NCBI RefSeq assembly: GCF_003710935.1
Contig: NZ_RHHS01000047.1
Coordinates: forward strand, 65,648-97,647
DNA length: 32,000 nucleotides
Direction of reading: 5' to 3'
Source of the DNA: Brevibacillus gelatini
GTDB taxonomy: Bacteria; Bacillota; Bacilli; Brevibacillales; Brevibacillaceae
Shown here one piece after another: positions 17,696 through 25,580 of the stretch. Under the pieces are notes generated by a model. It was not told the origin of the DNA, did no database searches, and was given only the letters and a program-made list of their open reading frames with translations. Position 1 is the stretch's first letter. Each line of letters opens with the position of its first letter. The position numbers and the translations under genes were made by a program.

Positions 17696-18160
17696 TTAAA
17701 GCAACTGTTGCTGCACATATGGCCGCAGCTCCTCTGTAAACTGCTCGACCAGTTCGGGCCGCCCGTGAAACTGCGCTGGCGTATTTTGAAACAGCACGTC
17801 TTCCCACTGCTCGTCCTGTTTTTTGGCGACAAGCGTCTGGTGCGCATGGAGCGTCGGTTCCAGCTCGTCTTTTCCGGGCGGGATCATGCCGACCATGGCG
17901 CGAACCATCCCTACTTCCTCGCCGAGCAGGCATACGGACTTGATCTTGTACACGAAGGGGGGAGTCCGGTGATGGGAAAAAATGTCGTGCAGGTGGGTAA
18001 AAATCGTCTTTCGTCCGATCATCTGGCTGCCGTCGAATCCGATCAGCTCGCCGTCTGCCGCAAACGGCGCAGACATGTCGGCTGCATTGTGGTCGTTCCA
18101 GCCCTTGATGACCTTCTGGTAAAGGCTGCGGATCGCATCTTCGCATGTTGCTGTGTCCAT
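17696..18160 (-). CDS. SgcJ/EcaC-type / SnoaL-like (NTF2-fold) protein
   Basis: MDTATCEDAIRSLYQKVIKGWNDHNAADMSAPFAADGELIGFDGSQMIGRKTIFTHLHDIFSHHRTPPFVYKIKSVCLLGEEVGMVRAMVGM... pattern of this family. Confidence 0.8.
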   Translation of the reverse strand: MDTATCEDAIRSLYQKVIKGWNDHNAADMSAPFAADGELIGFDGSQMIGRKTIFTHLHDIFSHHRTPPFVYKIKSVCLLGEEVGMVRAMVGMIPPGKDELEPTLHAHQTLVAKKQDEQWEDVLFQNTPAQFHGRPELVEQFTEELRPYVQQQLL

Positions 18161-18303
18161 CCTGACGTACCTCCTTGGGTGGCTGTTTGAATCAGTGTAT
18201 CATACGAAACCGAAACGATGCCAAATGCCGGGACGGCGCTGCTTGCAGAAATCCCAGCCGTTTCCGAGAAGAAATGCTTTATCGAGTCCGTTTGAAATGT
18301 TAA

Positions 18304-18318
18304 AATTTTCTGAAAGGG
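18304..18318 (+). promoter_or_regulatory. CodY-box-like motif upstream of the acyl-CoA ligase
   Basis: AATTTTCTGAAAGGG matches 12 of 15 positions of AATTTTCWGAAAATT. Confidence 0.4.
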
Positions 18319-18330
18319 GGTAGATGTGTG

Positions 18331-19827
18331 ATGTATCATTTGAATGAAAATTTGTTGCAAAGCGCTCAACATTTTCCGGACCATCCCGCCTTCGTTTTTA
18401 TGGGGGAGACGACCACGTACCGTCAATTGAACCAGCAGGTGGCTGAACTGGCCTCCGGGTTGTCCAGGCTCGGGATCGGAAAAGGGGACGCTGTTGCGCT
18501 CATCATGGACAACCGGCCACAATTTGTAAGCGCTTACTACGCGATTTTGCGGACAGGTGCTGCCGTCGTTCCGATGAATCCAATCTACACGCAAAGAGAG
18601 ATCAGCTTTATCCTCGCCAACAGCCAGGCCAAAGCCGTGATCGCCCTCGCCGCGCTCGAACCTGTCCTCACCCCTTTGAAAGAACAACTCGATCATGTGA
18701 AACATCTCATCTACACAGAGGCGGCTGGCGACGGGCTGACGCTGGAGCAGGTTGCACAAGCAGGGGACGGCAGCTTTGTCGAGCCGGAGCGGCATGAAGA
18801 CGATCTCGCTGTAATTCTGTACACATCCGGCACGACCGGGCAGCCAAAAGGCGCAATGCTCTCTCACCGCAACATGGCTTCCAATGCAGAAGCGATGGGG
18901 ATTTTGTTCGAACTGCTTCCCGAAGATCGGGTGGTGGCTGTGCTGCCGATGTTCCACGTTTTTTGCATGACCGTTTGTCTCAACGGCCCGATCCGCTACG
19001 GGGCATCTATCATTATCATTCCGCGCTTCCATCCGGCAGAGGTGGTCCGCACGATCCGGGAGCAGCAAGCAACCTGCTTTGCGGGCGTGCCGACGATGTA
19101 CAACTACATGCTCCAACTGCCTGATGCGACGAAAGAAGATTTCGCTTCCGTCCGTCTCTGCTGCTCGGGCGGCGCATCCATGCCTGTCGAGCTGCTGCAC
19201 AAGTTCGAAGCGAAGTACGATGTGAAAATACTGGAAGGCTACGGACTGTCCGAGGCGGCTCCGGCAACAGCCTTCAATCCGCTGCACGGAACGAGAAAGC
19301 CTGGATCGGTAGGAGTGAACATCCCCCATGTCGAAAACAAGGTCGTCGATCCGGAGGGCAACGAACTGCCCCGTGGCGAAGTTGGTGAGCTGGTGGTCAA
19401 AGGACCGAACGTCATGCTCGGCTATTTGGGTCTGCCGGAGGATACGGCAGCGACGCTTCGGGACGGCTGGCTGTACACCGGAGATATGGCGCGGATGGAT
19501 GAGGAAGGGTATGTGTACATCGTCGACCGCAAAAAAGACATGATTCTCGTCGATGGCTACAACGTCTACCCGCGTGAGGTGGAGGAAGTGCTCTACCAGC
19601 ATCCGGCGATTATCGAGGCGGCAGTGATCGGCGTGCCTGACGAGGTGCACGGCGAAGCGGTCAAGGCGTTTGTCGCGTTGAAAGAAGTGGCGGTGTCCCA
19701 GGAAGACATCATCGCGTTTTGCCAGGACAAATTGGCGAAGTACAAAGTGCCGCGTCTGGTTGAAATCGTTCCGGAGCTGCCGAAAAACAGCACGGGGAAA
19801 ATATTGCGCCGCGCCTTGCGTCAATAA
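18331..19827 (+). CDS. Long-chain fatty-acid--CoA ligase (AMP-binding enzyme)
   Basis: LAVILYTSGTTGQPKGAMLSHRN (AMP-binding P-loop), ILEGYGLSEAAPATAFNP, GWLYTGDMARMDEEGYVYIVDRKKDMILVDGYNVYPREVEEVLYQHP, PKNSTGKILRRALR. Confidence 0.95.
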   Translation: MYHLNENLLQSAQHFPDHPAFVFMGETTTYRQLNQQVAELASGLSRLGIGKGDAVALIMDNRPQFVSAYYAILRTGAAVVPMNPIYTQREISFILANSQAKAVIALAALEPVLTPLKEQLDHVKHLIYTEAAGDGLTLEQVAQAGDGSFVEPERHEDDLAVILYTSGTTGQPKGAMLSHRNMASNAEAMGILFELLPEDRVVAVLPMFHVFCMTVCLNGPIRYGASIIIIPRFHPAEVVRTIREQQATCFAGVPTMYNYMLQLPDATKEDFASVRLCCSGGASMPVELLHKFEAKYDVKILEGYGLSEAAPATAFNPLHGTRKPGSVGVNIPHVENKVVDPEGNELPRGEVGELVVKGPNVMLGYLGLPEDTAATLRDGWLYTGDMARMDEEGYVYIVDRKKDMILVDGYNVYPREVEEVLYQHPAIIEAAVIGVPDEVHGEAVKAFVALKEVAVSQEDIIAFCQDKLAKYKVPRLVEIVPELPKNSTGKILRRALRQ

Positions 19828-19854
19828 GCAGCAGTTGGGGGCAGCAGAAGGAAA

Positions 19855-19890
19855 TGAACCGGACCCACGCAGGAGTCTGGTTCATTTTTT
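19855..19890 (+). terminator. Intrinsic terminator
   Basis: TGAACCGGAC / GTCTGGTTCA (one G-U pair) + TTTTTT. Confidence 0.85.
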
Positions 19891-19971
19891 GGCAAAGACA
19901 GCTTCGTTCTGGTTTTGGCGCAGGTGGCAGGCGGGCTGGAGTTTCTGGCGCTGCAGAAGGGGCTGCGATCA

Positions 19972-20014
19972 CTTCCCTTTGCAAAGTTTCCAGGCAGAAC
20001 TTTGCAAAGGGAAG
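19972..20014. repeat. 17-bp perfect inverted repeat with 9-nt loop
   Basis: CTTCCCTTTGCAAAGTT (19972-19988) TCCAGGCAG AACTTTGCAAAGGGAAG (19998-20014). No T-tract on either side. Confidence 0.9.
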
Positions 20015-20042
20015 CGAACCAAGATGTTTTGTTTCCCGTCCA

Positions 20043-20072
20043 TTGACAAGGCATTTCCGATATGCCTAGCAT
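20043..20072 (+). promoter_or_regulatory. Putative promoter with palindrome in its spacer, upstream of the thioredoxin-like gene
   Basis: TTGACA (20043-20048) - 18 nt - TAGCAT (20067-20072). The spacer carries AGGCAT ttccgat ATGCCT (20049-20067). Confidence 0.5.
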
Positions 20073-20105
20073 GAAGCATCAACAAAAAGGAAGGAAAGGC
20101 CCCAG

Positions 20106-20417
20106 ATGCAAGAAATCGACACCGCCACGCTCCACCGCCTTTGCCAACAAAACAGGCCCTTCGCCTTGTTCATCTACACCCCCATGTGCGGCACCTGCAA
20201 GCTGGCGGAGCGGATGCTATTTGTCGCCAGGGAAGCGCTCTCCAGGCAGCTTCCTTTGTACCGACTCAACATCAACACGGCCCCAGCCCTCGCGGAGCGG
20301 CTGCAAATCACGAGTGTCCCGGCGCTGTTCCTGTTTTGCGGGGAACAGGTCACGGGCAGGCATTATGCGCTGCACTCCGTCGGTTTTTTGTACGACGTGC
20401 TGAAAACACTCGCCTAG
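20106..20417 (+). CDS. Thioredoxin family protein
   Basis: FALFIYTPMCGTCKLAERMLFVAREAL...LYRLNINTAPALAERLQITSVPALFLFCGEQVTGRHYAL: CGTC active site and cis-proline. Confidence 0.85.
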   Translation: MQEIDTATLHRLCQQNRPFALFIYTPMCGTCKLAERMLFVAREALSRQLPLYRLNINTAPALAERLQITSVPALFLFCGEQVTGRHYALHSVGFLYDVLKTLA

Positions 20418-20481
20418 ACAAACACCTAACCCCTTCGTGCTGAATACAAGAAAGAGAGACATATTGCGAAGGGGGAGGCGC

Positions 20482-21765
20482 ATGCAAATCCATGTCGTGG
20501 AAGAAGGACAGACGCTGTCTGGCATAGCCGCACTGTATGGGTCGACTGCTGAGGCGATCGCGGAAGTAAATGAACTGCCCGATCCAGGCAGGCTCGTCGT
20601 AGGACAGGCGATGGTGATTCCGATTGTCGGGAGTTACCACTGGGTCAGGCAGGGAGACACCCTGTATACGATCGGGCAACGCTACCAGATCAGCGCAGCC
20701 GAACTGGCCCGCGTCAATAACATATCGCAGTACCGCCCGTTGCAAATCGGGCAACGCTTGTACATCCCGCCCCGTCCGCGGCGGGCGGCGGATTTCAATG
20801 CGTATGCGGAGCCGCGCAGGACCGTTTCGCCTGTACTGGAAGCGGACGTGCGCACGGCGGCACCGCACCTGACGTACCTGGCACCGTTCAGCTTCCGGAT
20901 CAGACGGGACGGGACGCTGGCCCGGCCGGCATTGAACGATTTTCCCGCGATTGCAAGGCAAAACAATGTGGTACTGATGCTCGTCGTCACCAATCTGGAA
21001 AACGACCAGTTCAGCACGGAACTGGGCGGGCTTATCCTGAACAACCAGGAACTGCAAAACAAGGTGCTCGACAACGTTTTTCAAACGGCGAGAGAGCTTG
21101 GGATGGGAGACATCCATTTCGATATGGAGGCGCTCCCGGCTACGGATCGCGAGGCGTACATCCGCTTTTTGCGCAGGGCTCGCGACCGGGCGCACGCCCA
21201 GGGGATGATGCTTTCTGTCGCTTTGGCACCGAAGACGAGCGCCGAGCAGCAAGGCAGGTGGTACAGCGCCCACGATTACCGGGCGATTGGCGAGATTGCC
21301 GACTTTGTCGTTATCATGACGTATGAGTGGGGCTACAGCGGGGGGCCGCCGATGGCCGTGTCGCCAATTGGGCCAGTTCGTCGTGTCCTCCAATATGCCC
21401 TGACTGAAATGCCAGCCGAAAAAATTTTGATGGGCCAAAACTTGTACGGCTACGACTGGACGTTGCCGTATGAGCAGGGAACGACGGCGCGAGCGTTGAG
21501 TCCGCAGGCAGCGATTGCCCTCGCGGCGCGGGAAAACGCCGTAATCCGCTACGATTACCGGGCGCAGGCACCGTTTTTCCACTATACGGCAGACGATGGC
21601 AAACGGCATGAGGTATGGTTTGAGGACGCCCGCTCGATTCAAGCCAAATTCGATCTGGTGAAGCAACTGGGCATTCGTGGAGTCAGCTTCTGGAAGCTCG
21701 GTTTGCCGTTTCCGCAAAACTGGCTGCTGATCGAAAGCAACTTCCGCGTCCGCAAACGGACGTAG
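20482..21765 (+). CDS. LysM + glycoside hydrolase family 18 protein, YaaH/SleL-like spore cortex/germination enzyme
   Basis: Two LysM motifs (HVVEEGQTLSGIAALYGSTAEAIAEVN..., HWVRQGDTLYTIGQRYQISAAELARVNNI...) then a GH18 domain with GDIHFDMEALPATDREAY and VVIMTYEWGYSGGPPMAVSPI. GGGGGAGG RBS before ATG 20482. Confidence 0.92.
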   Translation: MQIHVVEEGQTLSGIAALYGSTAEAIAEVNELPDPGRLVVGQAMVIPIVGSYHWVRQGDTLYTIGQRYQISAAELARVNNISQYRPLQIGQRLYIPPRPRRAADFNAYAEPRRTVSPVLEADVRTAAPHLTYLAPFSFRIRRDGTLARPALNDFPAIARQNNVVLMLVVTNLENDQFSTELGGLILNNQELQNKVLDNVFQTARELGMGDIHFDMEALPATDREAYIRFLRRARDRAHAQGMMLSVALAPKTSAEQQGRWYSAHDYRAIGEIADFVVIMTYEWGYSGGPPMAVSPIGPVRRVLQYALTEMPAEKILMGQNLYGYDWTLPYEQGTTARALSPQAAIALAARENAVIRYDYRAQAPFFHYTADDGKRHEVWFEDARSIQAKFDLVKQLGIRGVSFWKLGLPFPQNWLLIESNFRVRKRT

Positions 21766-21789
21766 CGAGCAGACGTACAGATAAGAATG

Positions 21790-21816
21790 GGCTGCGCCAA
21801 ACGGCTTGGCGCAGCC
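21790..21816 (+). repeat. GC-rich perfect 11-bp hairpin without T-tract
   Basis: GGCTGCGCCAA ACGGC TTGGCGCAGCC. Confidence 0.85.
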
Positions 21817-21998
21817 AAGTTTATGAATCGGGCCTGTCACCCGGGAAGTCCCCCATACGCACTGCGCACTGCTCAGAGCGTGCTCCGACAGCAAGGCAGG
21901 GCAGCGCAGCCCAGCGCTGAGTGTTGGCCCGGTCACGTTTTCCATCGGTAGCAATCGTGGTATGATGGTTAGAAGAATACGGGAAAAGGAGAGAAAAG

Positions 21999-22226
21999 AT
22001 GGGAGAGTGCAAGCTGAATCACAGCAAAGAGGATGTAGAAAAGAAACTGGCCGAGCAAGCGCCGTTTTTGTCCGAAGCGCGGGTAGGACAGTTCCAGCGC
22101 ATGTTGGAAGGCGAGCTTAGCCAGGAGCGGTTGAACGAGCTGTTTCACCTGTTGAAAAAATACGATCTGGCAAGCCCGGAAGAGCGCCTCGCGCGCGAAC
22201 AGCAGATGGATCGACTGTTTGGCTAG
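21999..22226 (+). CDS. Small hypothetical protein
   Basis: 75 aa, MGECKLNHSKEDVEKKLAEQAPFLSEARVGQFQRMLEGELSQERLNELFHLLKKYDLASPEERLAREQQMDRLFG; GGAGAG RBS. Confidence 0.75.
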   Translation: MGECKLNHSKEDVEKKLAEQAPFLSEARVGQFQRMLEGELSQERLNELFHLLKKYDLASPEERLAREQQMDRLFG

Positions 22227-22497
22227 AAAAAGCCGTCGGCGGTTCGGTTTGCGGCCCATGAAGTCTGCGTGCAGCCTGTTGTAGTGGGGAAAGATTCTTC
22301 GCTCTCGCGCCAGCACAGGAGCATTTCTTCGCCGTCAATAGGTTGCTGTTGCTAGCTTTGCGCGCGCTTTTTTGATCCATCTCGTAGAAAGAGCGCTTCG
22401 ATTTTTAAAAAAACGAGAGTGCTTAACGTACATAGGGCAACAAGTTGTTCGATCACTTTTCTATCCATATATGAGCACCCCTGGCGGGAGAAAATGG

Positions 22498-22534
22498 CCG
22501 GAATGGAAAAAGCAAATCGCTTTTTTCGTTCCGG
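22498..22534 (+). promoter_or_regulatory. 16-bp hairpin immediately upstream of the AlaX-like gene RBS
   Basis: CCGGAATGGAAAAAGC (22498-22513) AAATC GCTTTTTTCGTTCCGG (22519-22534), all positions paired with two G-U pairs; AAGGAG RBS begins 4-5 nt later. Confidence 0.7.
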
Positions 22535-22549
22535 CGGCAAGGAGCAAAA

Positions 22550-23761
22550 ATGAAAGACAGAATCTATTATCAAGATGCGTATGTGAGAACGTTTACGGCG
22601 CAAGTAATCAAGCAAGGCCGGGAAGAGGACGGTACGCCGTATGCCGTGCTCAGCCAGACGGCTTTTTACCCGACGGGAGGCGGACAGCCTGCCGATCTGG
22701 GCACGCTCGGAGAATGTCGGGTCATTGACGTGGAAGAAGTAGCGGGCGAGGTACGTCATCGGCTGGAAGCTCCGCTGCCGGAGGACTGCACGGAAGTGGT
22801 CGGTCAGATCGATTGGGACCGCCGCTTCGATCACATGCAGCAGCATGCCGGACAGCACATTTTGTCCGCCGCGTTTCTGGAAGTGGTGCAGGCGGAGACG
22901 GTCGCGTTTCACTTGGGAAAAGAACGCGTGACAATCGACGTCCGCCTGGATGAACTGACGCCGGACGTATGGGAAGCGGTAGAGCAGCGGGCCAATCAGG
23001 TCGTGCTGGAAAACCGTCCGATCATCGCCCGGTTTGTCGACGACGAAGAGCTGGCTGCACTGCCATTGAAAAAACAGCCGACGGTCACGGAAAATGTTCG
23101 CGTCGTCATCATCCCGGAGTACGACTACAATCCGTGCGGCGGCACACATCCTGCGCATACAGGCGAAGTGGGCATGATAAAAATTCTCGGCTGGGAGCGC
23201 CATCGCGGAAACATCCGGTTGGAGTTCATCTGCGGCTTGCGCGCTTTGCGCGATTACACACGCAAGCAGGGGGCTGTGCGTGAACTGGCAAAGCTTTTTG
23301 CAACCAGTGAAGCTGACCTGATCGCGCAGGCAGAGCGCGTGCTGGCCGAACGGGACAGCTTGAAAGCAAGACTCGTCGACGCCGAAAAGCAACTGCTGGA
23401 AGGCGAGGTCCGAAAGCAGCTTGACATGGCAGAGCAAGTGGGAGCAGCGCGGGTCATCACACAAGTTTTCCCGGACAAAACCATTCAGCAGTTGCAGCAG
23501 TTCGCCCAGCTTGCGGTCGCGGAGGCGCCGGACGTCGTATGCTTGCTGGCCGCCGCGACTGACGAGAAGACCCAGCTAGTATTTGCACGGGGTCAGGCTG
23601 TGAACGTCGCTGTCAATCAGCTAATCAAGGAGACGCTGCCGTTGATTGGGGGAAAAGGCGGCGGCAATCCGGCGATGGCGCAGGGCGGCGGTCAACCAGC
23701 GCCTGCTGTGGACGAAGTGCTGGCGCATGCCCGCAAGCTGCTTGCCGAGTCTCTGGTCTGA
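22550..23761 (+). CDS. Alanyl-tRNA editing protein (AlaX-like, DHHA1-containing)
   Basis: TAFYPTGGGQPADLGTLG, HMQQHAGQHILSAAF, NPCGGTHPAHTGEVGMIKILGWERHRGNIRLEFICG, and C-terminal GGKGGGNPAMAQGGG (DHHA1). Confidence 0.92.
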   Translation: MKDRIYYQDAYVRTFTAQVIKQGREEDGTPYAVLSQTAFYPTGGGQPADLGTLGECRVIDVEEVAGEVRHRLEAPLPEDCTEVVGQIDWDRRFDHMQQHAGQHILSAAFLEVVQAETVAFHLGKERVTIDVRLDELTPDVWEAVEQRANQVVLENRPIIARFVDDEELAALPLKKQPTVTENVRVVIIPEYDYNPCGGTHPAHTGEVGMIKILGWERHRGNIRLEFICGLRALRDYTRKQGAVRELAKLFATSEADLIAQAERVLAERDSLKARLVDAEKQLLEGEVRKQLDMAEQVGAARVITQVFPDKTIQQLQQFAQLAVAEAPDVVCLLAAATDEKTQLVFARGQAVNVAVNQLIKETLPLIGGKGGGNPAMAQGGGQPAPAVDEVLAHARKLLAESLV

Positions 23762-23838
23762 CGGGCGAGTTGCGATTCGCGGCCAGGCCGCTTGCGCCTG
23801 GCCTCTACGATGATGGTTGATGCAAGGAGGAAACGACA

Positions 23839-24222
23839 ATGCTATGGAATCCCGGTGATAAAGTTCGCGTGACGCAGCGGACAGGAGAGTATATTGCGGA
23901 AGTGCTGGAAATTCACGATACGAAATTGTTGGTCAAGGTGCTAGCCGTGACGAAATACCCGCAGCAGGGCGACCTGCATACGGCCTACGAGGTGGATGTG
24001 CCGCTGTTTCACCAGCGCCCGGCGCTCTCCTACCAGGAAAAATTCATGACCCCGGCCGCATCTGCCATCCGCTACAACGGCGAAGTGCCCGACTACAAAG
24101 AGTCTGTGCGCATCGCGATGGAGCGGGAAATGGAGAAGCTGAAAAAAATGGCGGCCTGGTCCGAACGTTGCCTGGCTGTACTGGAATCGATGTACAAGGA
24201 AACCTTTACAAACACGAAATAG
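23839..24222 (+). CDS. kapB: Kinase-associated protein KapB (sporulation phosphorelay regulator)
   Basis: GDKVRVTQRTGEYIAEVLEIHDTKLLVKVLAVTKYPQQGDLHTAYEVDVPLFHQRPALSYQEKFMTPAASAIRYNGEVPDYKESVRIAME matches the KapB pattern; GGAGG RBS. Confidence 0.88.
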   Translation: MLWNPGDKVRVTQRTGEYIAEVLEIHDTKLLVKVLAVTKYPQQGDLHTAYEVDVPLFHQRPALSYQEKFMTPAASAIRYNGEVPDYKESVRIAMEREMEKLKKMAAWSERCLAVLESMYKETFTNTK

Positions 24223-24267
24223 AATGGTACTGTAATACTCGAATGTACGACAATTTCATAGGCTTAC

Positions 24268-24360
24268 TACCAAACGGGGGCCGAGCATCGTCGGCTGAGA
24301 TTGTAACGAGCGTGTTACTGACCGTTGAACCTGACCTGGGTCATGCCAGCGGAGGAAGAG
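24268..24360 (+). promoter_or_regulatory. TPP (thiamin pyrophosphate) riboswitch
   Basis: GGGGGCCGAGCATCGTCGGCTGAGATTGTAACGAGCGTGTTACTGACCGTTGAACCTGACCTGGGTCATGCCAGCGGAGGAAG carries the conserved CTGAGA and GAACCTGAxCTGGxTxATxCCAGCG core. Confidence 0.95.
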
Positions 24361-24440
24361 GTATAGGAATCGATTTCACGGTGCGGCAGTTGCGGCGTAT
24401 TTGCCGGAAAACTGCTGCCAGATGATGATGAGATCCACTC

Positions 24441-24467
24441 AACCATCCCACGGCGGATGGTTTTTTT
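24441..24467 (+). terminator. Intrinsic terminator, probable TPP riboswitch expression platform
   Basis: AACCATCC CACGGC GGATGGTT TTTTT. Confidence 0.9.
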
Positions 24468-24599
24468 ACTTCCATCTGTCCGAGCGGATGCGGATGGGAA
24501 ACGTATACGGCTTCCACCGTTTGACTGGAGTGACTTCCGGCAGGCGAGGGAAGCCGTTTTTTTGTCCCTCGACAGGTGCCACCAAGAAGGAGGAATACA

Positions 24600-24803
24600 A
24601 TGGTTGTTGTGCTGAACGGAAAAACAGCAGAGCTGTCGGCTGAAATCAACACAGTCCGCGACCTGCTCGCTTCGTATTCCCTGCAGGAGAAGATTGTCGT
24701 CGTGGAGCGCAACGGAGAAATCATCGACCGCTCCCGGTATGAACAAACGCCGATTGCAGACGGAGACCGCATCGAAATCGTTCATTTTGTCGGAGGAGGA
24801 TGA
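24600..24803 (+). CDS. thiS: Sulfur carrier protein ThiS
   Basis: [68 protein letters not shown]-terminal GG; AAGGAGG RBS. Confidence 0.95.
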   Translation: MVVVLNGKTAELSAEINTVRDLLASYSLQEKIVVVERNGEIIDRSRYEQTPIADGDRIEIVHFVGGG

Positions 24804-24808
24804 CCAGC

Positions 24809-25579
24809 ATGGATACATTGAAAATTGGCCCTTACGAGTTTCGTTCCCGCCTGTTGCTTGGGACCGGAAAATTCGCAGATTTGGAAACACAAGGAAAAGC
24901 TGTCGAGGTGTCGGAAGCGGAAATTTTGACGTTTGCGATTCGCCGTCTCAATTTGGAAAATCCGCAAGAGCCGAACTTTTTGGAACAGCTCGATCTGAAA
25001 AAATTCACTTTGCTGCCGAACACAGCGGGAGCTTACACGGCGGAGGAAGCGGTGCGCATCGCCCGTCTGGCGAAGGCTTCCGGCTTGTGTGACATGATTA
25101 AGGTTGAGGTCATTGGCGACCCGAAAACATTGCTGCCTGACCCGATTGGCACGCTGGAAGCGTCGAAAATTTTGGTGGAGGAAGGCTTTATCGTGCTGAC
25201 CTACACCAACGACGATCCGATTCTCGCCAAGCGCTTGCAGGAGGTAGGCGTGCATGCTGTCATGCCGGGCGCATCCCCGATTGGATCTGGACAAGGCATC
25301 CTCAACGAAAACAACCTCCGCTTCATCATCGAGGACGCCAAAGTGCCCGTTATCGTAGACGCTGGCATCGGTTCGCCAGCCGATTGTGCGAAAGCGATGG
25401 AGCTGGGCGCTGACGGCGTGCTGCTGAATACGGCTGTCGCGCTTGCGGACAATCCCGTGTTGATGGCCGAAGCGATGAAGCTTGGCGTGGAAGCGGGACG
25501 CAAAGGCTTCCTCGCAGGACGGATCGCGAAAAAGCGCTACGCATCGGCGAGCAGCCCGACAGAAGGGATGATCGAGTAG
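24809..25579 (+). CDS. thiG: Thiazole synthase ThiG
   Basis: [21 protein letters not shown]...[21 protein letters not shown]...[15 protein letters not shown]...[12 protein letters not shown]...[14 protein letters not shown]...[33 protein letters not shown]. Confidence 0.98.
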   Translation: MDTLKIGPYEFRSRLLLGTGKFADLETQGKAVEVSEAEILTFAIRRLNLENPQEPNFLEQLDLKKFTLLPNTAGAYTAEEAVRIARLAKASGLCDMIKVEVIGDPKTLLPDPIGTLEASKILVEEGFIVLTYTNDDPILAKRLQEVGVHAVMPGASPIGSGQGILNENNLRFIIEDAKVPVIVDAGIGSPADCAKAMELGADGVLLNTAVALADNPVLMAEAMKLGVEAGRKGFLAGRIAKKRYASASSPTEGMIE

Positions 25580-25580
25580 C

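Noticed and set aside
18043-19824. 593-aa minus-strand ORF opposite the acyl-CoA ligase
   Set aside because: Antisense shadow of a recognised AMP-binding enzyme.
20350-21954. 534-aa minus-strand ORF opposite the YaaH/SleL-like gene
   Set aside because: Antisense shadow; the plus strand has LysM and GH18 motifs and a good RBS.
22352-23464. 370-aa minus-strand ORF opposite the AlaX-like gene
   Set aside because: Antisense shadow of a conserved protein.
24576-24599. Upstream start of the thiS ORF at 24576
   Set aside because: The AAGGAGG RBS and homologous ThiS start point to ATG 24600.
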